IMG/VR virus record: IMGVR_UViG_3300028048_000011
Location: 1-48,485 of that record
Strand: one strand, 5' to 3'
DNA length: 48,485 bases
DNA from: a virus
The position numbers and the translations under genes are program-made. The notes under the pieces were generated by a model. It worked only from the letters and a program-made list of their open reading frames with translations, was not told where the DNA came from and made no database searches. This document shows positions 43,445-48,485 of this stretch, piece by piece. Within the stretch, counting starts at the first letter, position 1. The number at the start of each line of letters is the position of its first letter.

Positions 43445-43999
43445 ATGGCTGGAGTATTCAACCAAGCCGTCCTGACTACCAAGGGCATAGCGCTCCTGGC
43501 GAAAGCACAGGCCGGGAGATGCACTATCAATCTCACCAAGGCGGTATCGGGCAACGGCACCTACACGGCAGGCGAAGATCTGGCGAGTAGGACTGCACTC
43601 AAAAACAAGATGCAGGAATTCTCAATCAACACAGTGATCGTGCAGAACAAGACGAACGTCTATGTGAAATTCATCATCACGAACTACCCGGACGCACAAC
43701 ACGCTCTCGCAACAGGATACTACGTGAGGGAGATCGGCTTGTACGCTACGGACCCTGACGAAGGAGAAATTCTGTACGCTATCGCTACAGCGGTTCAGGA
43801 TCAGTGGGATTATATGCCTTCATACAATAATCTCCTTCCGTCAACCATTACGATCGAGATGCTGACAGAGGTCGCAAACGCATCCACGGTCACAATCGAA
43901 GCACCCAACAAAATGTACCTCTACGATGACAACACCGGGGATAAATACGTTCTCGGAGTAGAGGACGGAATCTTATACTTTGAGGAGGTAGCAGAATGA
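43445..43999 (+). CDS. Tail fibre protein, tail-collar (DUF3751-like) N-terminal type
   Basis: The sequence contains FNQAVLTTKGIALLAKAQAG...REIGLYATDPDEGEILYAIATA. Confidence 0.7.
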   Translation: MAGVFNQAVLTTKGIALLAKAQAGRCTINLTKAVSGNGTYTAGEDLASRTALKNKMQEFSINTVIVQNKTNVYVKFIITNYPDAQHALATGYYVREIGLYATDPDEGEILYAIATAVQDQWDYMPSYNNLLPSTITIEMLTEVANASTVTIEAPNKMYLYDDNTGDKYVLGVEDGILYFEEVAE

Positions 44000-45240
44000 G
44001 CAGAGTATATGTAGCAGACAAGGAGACGCTCGATAAAATCTACGACATCGTCTCCGCAGACGGCGTGTACGGCTTTATCGAGCATTGCGCCACACTCGCT
44101 CCCGACAAGAGGATCGAGTACATCGGCAAGAACGTAGACTACACACCCATCAGCGTAACCATGGGCGGAGGCTTCTCCCTCGGTTCCTGGGGCAACTTCT
44201 CCGTCATTGCCAACAATAAGCCTTGGATGGTAAAGAATGACGGAACACCCGACTACGAACTTCTGGAGTCAGACTACACGAAGAAGGCGGTAGACGGAAC
44301 AACAGCATCCGATGTGGCGAACGCATCCTACGCAGGCGGAGCGTTCTCGTGGATCCAGAAGATCTACAAGAAGGAGTACATGGTAGGCGATGACCGCTAC
44401 GTTCTCTTTTCGGAGACAAAGAAGGAAGGCTTCGAGGCGGTAGGCTTCATCGATAGCAGCGACAAGGAACTCGAAGGCGTATGGCTGCCTATGTTCTACA
44501 ACACGGACGGAACAACGAAGGCAACCTGCATCGCTTCAGGACATCCTGAATACAGTAACACCACAGCGAACCAGAAGACAGCGATCGATGCATTCGGATC
44601 CAGAGCGAAGTTCCTCGGCGGTCCCATCATCAATACCCTCGTAGATCTTCTGATCATGTGGGCAAAGACAACAGACCTGCAGACAGCATACGGCAAAGGA
44701 AACTGCAATGGCTATGTGAACGAATCTCCTTATTACGGAGTATTGGAAAACGCAGTCGTGAACGGCGGACAGTTCTACGGTACTTCAGATGGAACGAGCC
44801 TGAACAAGATCCTGCACTCCATCGTTCTCGGTAGCTATCAGCAGTGGATGAGAGACCCTTATACCATCTGCGTAAGCGGCAAGCTGAAGGTTTCCACCAA
44901 CTACGCATATGCGCTTGACGCTTCAGGATACCTCGACACAGGCATCAACTATGACGAAGTAGGAGATACCTCGTGGCATTACCCGGAGAAGTACAAGCCT
45001 GTTCCCGGTTTCGGAGCGGCTCCTTCTCTTCCGCCTTACAAAGGCTCTACTGCAACAGGCGGATGCGATGGCTTTATCGTCAACGCAGGCATCACGGCGT
45101 TCGCTCTACGGTTCGGTGATTGCTTCACTGGCCTCATTGTTGGGGTTCGTGCTTTGAATTTGCACCGCACTGCTACGTATGCGGCCTGGTACATCGGCTC
45201 GGCCGTTCTTCTCCTTCCACCTGTCGGCGTAGCCGCATAG
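43996..45240 (+). CDS. Distal tail fibre / receptor-binding protein, the DGR target (variable region in the last ~45 codons)
   Basis: It is the last tail gene. Its 3' end carries the VR, which is homologous to the downstream TR. Confidence 0.85.
   Translation: MSRVYVADKETLDKIYDIVSADGVYGFIEHCATLAPDKRIEYIGKNVDYTPISVTMGGGFSLGSWGNFSVIANNKPWMVKNDGTPDYELLESDYTKKAVDGTTASDVANASYAGGAFSWIQKIYKKEYMVGDDRYVLFSETKKEGFEAVGFIDSSDKELEGVWLPMFYNTDGTTKATCIASGHPEYSNTTANQKTAIDAFGSRAKFLGGPIINTLVDLLIMWAKTTDLQTAYGKGNCNGYVNESPYYGVLENAVVNGGQFYGTSDGTSLNKILHSIVLGSYQQWMRDPYTICVSGKLKVSTNYAYALDASGYLDTGINYDEVGDTSWHYPEKYKPVPGFGAAPSLPPYKGSTATGGCDGFIVNAGITAFALRFGDCFTGLIVGVRALNLHRTATYAAWYIGSAVLLLPPVGVAA
45101..45204 (+). repeat. 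DGR variable region (VR)
   Basis: This 104-bp segment aligns to TR at an offset of 248 nt. It has 13 mismatches, all opposite TR adenines. It encodes DCFTGLIVGVRALNLHRTATYAAWYIGSA. Confidence 0.95.
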
Positions 45241-45243
45241 GGG

Positions 45244-45265
45244 GTCTGGGGGTCTTCCCCCAGAC
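45244..45265 (+). promoter_or_regulatory. Perfect 9-bp GC-rich hairpin with a 4-nt loop, just downstream of VR and the stop codon
   Basis: The stem is GTCTGGGGG-tctt-CCCCCAGAC. No U-tract follows. Confidence 0.6.
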
Positions 45266-45348
45266 TAAACGAGAAGCAGCAATAGGCTATCTTTTGTAAC
45301 GGATTTATAAAATTTAACAGGGGGAAGGACTGCCGACACCAGGGGCGG

Positions 45349-45452
45349 TCGCTCTACGGTTCGGTAATTGCAACAATGGCCTCAATGATGGGGTTCGTGC
45401 TTTGAATTTGAACAACACTGCTACGAATGCGAACTGGAACATCGGCTCGGCC
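45349..45452 (+). repeat. DGR template region (TR)
   Basis: It is non-coding and contains 25 adenines, 13 of which differ in VR. Read in the VR frame, it gives AAT/AAC codons (N C N N G L N D ... N N T A T N A N W N). Confidence 0.95.
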
Positions 45453-45647
45453 TGTTATTCTATCAATTTTGGAACATTAACCAAATGGCAGTCCTTAACC
45501 TACACCTCTGACGGATGAAAAGCCGTTTACTCGCCATTATTGGAAAGATGAGTGGAAATGAATCCGATACAGGGCAGGCAGTAAAGCGGTCGCACCTGCT
45601 GTCTGTAGGAGATAGAAGAAAAAATATCACCATAGGAGTAATGCAGA

Positions 45648-46850
45648 ATGCGCAGGAAAGAAGCAGAAGAGGCTATCGACAGCGTCTCGCATTCAGAGGG
45701 CGCAAAGCAGTACAAGTATCTGTATCGCAAAATGCTCGATGAGCAGACCGTGAGGAAAGCCTATAAGAAACTTCGAAAAGGAAAGACGAAGAGGAAAGAA
45801 ATAATCTACATAGACGCTCACCTCGATGAAGAGGTGGCGAAGATGATCGAAATGATCAAGAATACGAGGCCGGGCGAAGTCGAACACCCGGAACTCGCAT
45901 TCGTGCCATGCAAGAGGACTCCACGGTACATCTATGAACATGGAAAGACCAGGCGCATCTTTATGCCGGAGATCCACGAGCAATGGCTACACCACATCAT
46001 CGTCCTCATACTGGAGCCGATCATAACGGCAACCGCATACCCGTACTCGTGCGGATCATTCCCAAAGCGAGGCGCTCACTACGGCAAGCGGCAGATGGAG
46101 CGATGGATAAGAAGCGGAGTAGGAATCAGGAACTTCGCAAAAATCGACATCCGTCATTTTTATGACTCAATTCGGATCCGCATCCTGATGAGAGAACTGC
46201 GGATCAGGATAAAGGATGACTGGTTTCTCTACATCGTGGAGTTATGCTTCAGAGGGATAAGCAAGGGAATACCGCTCGGCTTTTACATCAGCCAGTGGCT
46301 CGCAAACTACCTGCTCGAACCTCTCGACAGGCTCATGACAGAGAAACTGGGAATCAAGAAGTACATCAGATACATGGATGATATGACATTTTTCGCAGAG
46401 AGCAAGAAGAAACTGCACCAGGCAATAGTCGCAATCCGGCAGTTCCTGGGGCGGCGTTTCCGCTTGAAGCTGAAGAGAAACTACCAGGTCTGCAAGTTCG
46501 ACTTCGTAAAGAAGACCGGGCAGAGGATAGGAAGAGTCATAGATTTCATGGGGTTCGTCTTTTTCAGAGAAAAGACCCTGATCCGAAAGAGCATCATGCT
46601 ATCGGCAACCAGACTGGCGAAGAAGATGAGCCGGAACAAAGAAAAACTGCGTGGATATTTCCATAAGCACATCTCGGCAATGATATCGTACATGGGATGG
46701 TTCACCTGCACGGACACCTACCACTGCTACGAAGAGAATATCAAGCCGTTCGTGAAAATCGGAAACCTGAAGCGCATCACATCAAAACTGCAAAGGAGGC
46801 AGAACCATCATGAAAGCATGGAAAGAAGAAAGATGCTCCGAGCGGCCTGA
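45648..46850 (+). CDS. DGR reverse transcriptase
   Basis: It has RYMDDMTFF (YMDD), GIPLGFYISQWLANYLL (the SQxxAN signature of DGR RTs) and IDIRHFYDSI. It lies about 195 nt downstream of TR. Confidence 0.9.
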   Translation: MRRKEAEEAIDSVSHSEGAKQYKYLYRKMLDEQTVRKAYKKLRKGKTKRKEIIYIDAHLDEEVAKMIEMIKNTRPGEVEHPELAFVPCKRTPRYIYEHGKTRRIFMPEIHEQWLHHIIVLILEPIITATAYPYSCGSFPKRGAHYGKRQMERWIRSGVGIRNFAKIDIRHFYDSIRIRILMRELRIRIKDDWFLYIVELCFRGISKGIPLGFYISQWLANYLLEPLDRLMTEKLGIKKYIRYMDDMTFFAESKKKLHQAIVAIRQFLGRRFRLKLKRNYQVCKFDFVKKTGQRIGRVIDFMGFVFFREKTLIRKSIMLSATRLAKKMSRNKEKLRGYFHKHISAMISYMGWFTCTDTYHCYEENIKPFVKIGNLKRITSKLQRRQNHHESMERRKMLRAA

Positions 46851-47079
46851 AGAACTTCAGGACATCGGCGGCGGACTCTACATGGAGAGACGCAACATTC
46901 GTGAAGTTCATCACGAGGCAGACGAAACGGCAGGGGTGGAGGAGTATACCGAATTCGTCTGCGAGAGCCGTGAGATCGAGCATAGCGAGTACCAGATGTT
47001 CAAGAGCATCGAAGCAATCGACACGCAGGATGCCATAGACGCATACACCGAGCAGCTGTTAGAGGAAGGAGCGATCTAA
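46810..47079 (+). CDS. Hypothetical acidic protein (89 aa), in the XkdW-like position
   Basis: The RBS is AAGGAGG. It overlaps the RT 3' end by 41 nt and precedes the XkdX-like gene. Confidence 0.55.
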   Translation: MKAWKEERCSERPEELQDIGGGLYMERRNIREVHHEADETAGVEEYTEFVCESREIEHSEYQMFKSIEAIDTQDAIDAYTEQLLEEGAI

Positions 47080-47082
47080 ACT

Positions 47083-47220
47083 ATGAGAACATTAGTACAG
47101 AGCCTGAAGAGGCTATACCAGAAGGGCAAGGTCACCATCGAAAAACTCCAGAGCATGGTGGAGGCAGGCACTATCACCCAGGAAGAATTCGACTATATCA
47201 CGGAGGGTTCCGTGGGATGA
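47083..47220 (+). CDS. XkdX-family small protein (45 aa)
   Basis: The sequence is MRTLVQSLKRLYQKGKVTIEKLQSMVEAGTITQEEFDYITEGSVG. It is below the ORF-track cut-off. Confidence 0.65.
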   Translation: MRTLVQSLKRLYQKGKVTIEKLQSMVEAGTITQEEFDYITEGSVG

Positions 47221-47414
47221 TGGGAGATGCAATCCGGGAGATTAAACTCGAACTTTTTGAGAGCCAGAGCGAGATCATCCGAATCCAGTCCGAAGTGATC
47301 GATGACTTATTCCGCCTCCTGTCTATGCACATGGAGGCGGAAGAACTCGACAACCTCCCGGTCGTAGAAAAGATAAACAGGGCGGCTTCACTTCGAGCAG
47401 AACATCAACTCTGA
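47217..47414 (+). CDS. Hypothetical protein (65 aa)
   Basis: It has an ATGA start/stop overlap with the upstream gene. Confidence 0.5.
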   Translation: MMGDAIREIKLELFESQSEIIRIQSEVIDDLFRLLSMHMEAEELDNLPVVEKINRAASLRAEHQL

Positions 47415-47430
47415 AGAAAGGAGGCTGACC

Positions 47431-47739
47431 ATGGAAGATGCAATCACACGAAAAGAACACGAAGAGTTCGCAAAGCGTATCGATGAAGAAAATCACAGAC
47501 AGAACCGCAGAATCGAGACCCTGGAAGAAACTGTCCGGCAGATTTCAGATCTGACTGCAACGGTAAAAGAGTTAGCAGTCAATATGAAGAATATGCTCAC
47601 CGAGCAGGAGAAGCAGGGAGCGAGACTCGCCAAGATCGAAAGCAAGGATGGGGAGATGTGGCGAACGGTAGTGACCCACATATTGACTGCGGTCATCGGC
47701 GGAATTATCGCCTTCGTGTTCGCAAAAATCGGAATGTAG
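47431..47739 (+). CDS. XhlA-like membrane protein (lysis-associated)
   Basis: It has an N-terminal coiled coil ([15 protein letters not shown]...) and a single C-terminal TM segment ([21 protein letters not shown]). Confidence 0.7.
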   Translation: MEDAITRKEHEEFAKRIDEENHRQNRRIETLEETVRQISDLTATVKELAVNMKNMLTEQEKQGARLAKIESKDGEMWRTVVTHILTAVIGGIIAFVFAKIGM

Positions 47740-47750
47740 GAGGGCTTACA

Positions 47751-47960
47751 ATGAAAAACATAGCAAACAAAGAGTGGTGGAAGGCAGCAGGTGTCAGGGC
47801 ATTAAAGACCGTATGCCAGACAGCCATCGCTACGATCGGAACCGCAGCGCTCGTGACAGAGGTCAACTGGGTAGCCGTAGCAAGTGCATCCGCACTCGCA
47901 GGTATCCTCTCGCTCCTTACGAGCCTCGCAGGAATCCCGGAGATCGAGAAGGAGGGATAA
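47751..47960 (+). CDS. Holin
   Basis: This 69-aa protein reads [30 protein letters not shown]... and has two hydrophobic segments. The RBS is GGAGGG. The start lies internal to track ORF 47658..47960. Confidence 0.75.
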   Translation: MKNIANKEWWKAAGVRALKTVCQTAIATIGTAALVTEVNWVAVASASALAGILSLLTSLAGIPEIEKEG

Positions 47961-47963
47961 GCC

Positions 47964-48077
47964 ATGGATGAAGACAAGATCATCACTTCAGAAGAAGATC
48001 TGAATGAAGAGGCGATCGATGAACTGACTAACGGCAAAGGGGAAGACGAAGAAGATGATGACTCCCCGAAGGGGTGA
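47964..48077 (+). CDS. Small acidic ORF (37 aa) between holin and endolysin
   Basis: It has a strong RBS (GGAGGGA). The sequence is MDEDKIITSEEDLNEEAIDELTNGKGEDEEDDDSPKG. Confidence 0.4.
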   Translation: MDEDKIITSEEDLNEEAIDELTNGKGEDEEDDDSPKG

Positions 48078-48080
48078 CCT

Positions 48081-48485
48081 ATGACGAAGGCAGAGTTCAT
48101 AGAGAAGATCGCAGCGCTTATCATCAAACACGCACCGACCTATGGAATAGCCGTACACTCTCCAATCATCGCCCAAGCGGTACTGGAGAGTGCATACGGC
48201 ACCTCGGAACTTGCGAAGAATGCCAATAACTACTTCGGACTCAAATACCGCAAAGGAAGATGTCCGAGCGCTTCAGGTATTTACAAGAAGGTCGGCAGCG
48301 AACAGAACCCGGACGGCTCATACATCAGCGAGATGATGGAATGGTGCCGGTTCCCGGACATGGAGAGCGGAGTCAAGGGATACTTCGAGTTTATAAGCGT
48401 CCAGAACTACACAAACCTCAAAGGAGTGACAGATCCGAAAGCATACCTGCAGAACATCAAGGCGGACGGATATGCCACTTCTCTC
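48081..48485 (+). CDS. Endolysin, N-terminal part: GH73 glucosaminidase domain (continues at nt 128 of the window)
   Basis: The sequence contains AQAVLESAYGTSELAKNANNYFGLKY. The RBS is AAGGGGTGA. The ORF runs off the window end, in phase with ORF 2..1135. Confidence 0.85.
   Translation, partial: MTKAEFIEKIAALIIKHAPTYGIAVHSPIIAQAVLESAYGTSELAKNANNYFGLKYRKGRCPSASGIYKKVGSEQNPDGSYISEMMEWCRFPDMESGVKGYFEFISVQNYTNLKGVTDPKAYLQNIKADGYATSL
48359..48485. repeat. Terminal direct repeat (copy of 1-127)
   Basis: It is identical to the first 127 nt of the window. Confidence 0.95.

Noticed and set aside
45515-45742. A 75-aa plus-strand ORF (and the antisense ORF 45527..45730) between TR and RT, considered as a possible Avd.
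   Set aside because: It has no RBS and overlaps the RT start by ~95 nt in another frame. Its composition (R/S/G/Q-rich) is junk-like, with no helical-bundle character, and it is much shorter than typical Avd (~110-130 aa).
1-48485. I searched for tRNA/tmRNA genes, CRISPR arrays, transposases and IS elements.
   Set aside because: I saw no T-arm/anticodon-arm cloverleaf candidates, no regularly spaced direct-repeat arrays and no transposase-like ORFs. The only RT belongs to the DGR, and the only recombinase is the serine integrase. This was a visual scan only, so a tRNAscan/Infernal run could still find small RNAs.

Overview
The window is a complete, circularly closed temperate phage genome. 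About 48,358 bp are unique, and nt 1-127 recur exactly at 48359-48485, so the endolysin gene wraps across the window ends. Only the lysogeny module is on the minus strand: a large serine integrase, a 185-aa unknown and an XRE/cI-like repressor (1373-3953). All other genes are on the plus strand, in this order. (1) A Cro-like switch with GTAAC-N7-GTTAC operators. (2) An early region with an SLT transglycosylase. (3) An SNF2 helicase that appears split into two ORFs (5698-6063 and 10467-11837) by a 4.4-kb island carrying a PAPS-reductase-like protein, a C5 DNA methyltransferase and a DEDDh exonuclease. (4) A replication and recombination module: AAA_24 ATPase, SSB, and a CHC2/Toprim/P-loop primase-helicase. 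(5) DUF3850, Lar-like and VRR-NUC genes and a sigma-r4-like late regulator. (6) A 740-bp purine-rich non-coding gap. (7) A lambda-like head module: TerS, GpA-type TerL, gpW, lambda-family portal, prohead protease and capsid. (8) A P2/PBSX-like contractile tail and baseplate, including a -1 frameshifted chaperone and a TP901-type tape measure. (9) A diversity-generating retroelement (DGR) acting on the C-terminus of the distal tail-fibre protein: VR 45101-45204, TR 45349-45452, RT 45648-46850. (10) An XkdX / XhlA / holin / bifunctional endolysin lysis cassette. No tRNA, rRNA or CRISPR array was seen. All functional calls rest on motifs I recognised by eye in the translations. No database search was run.
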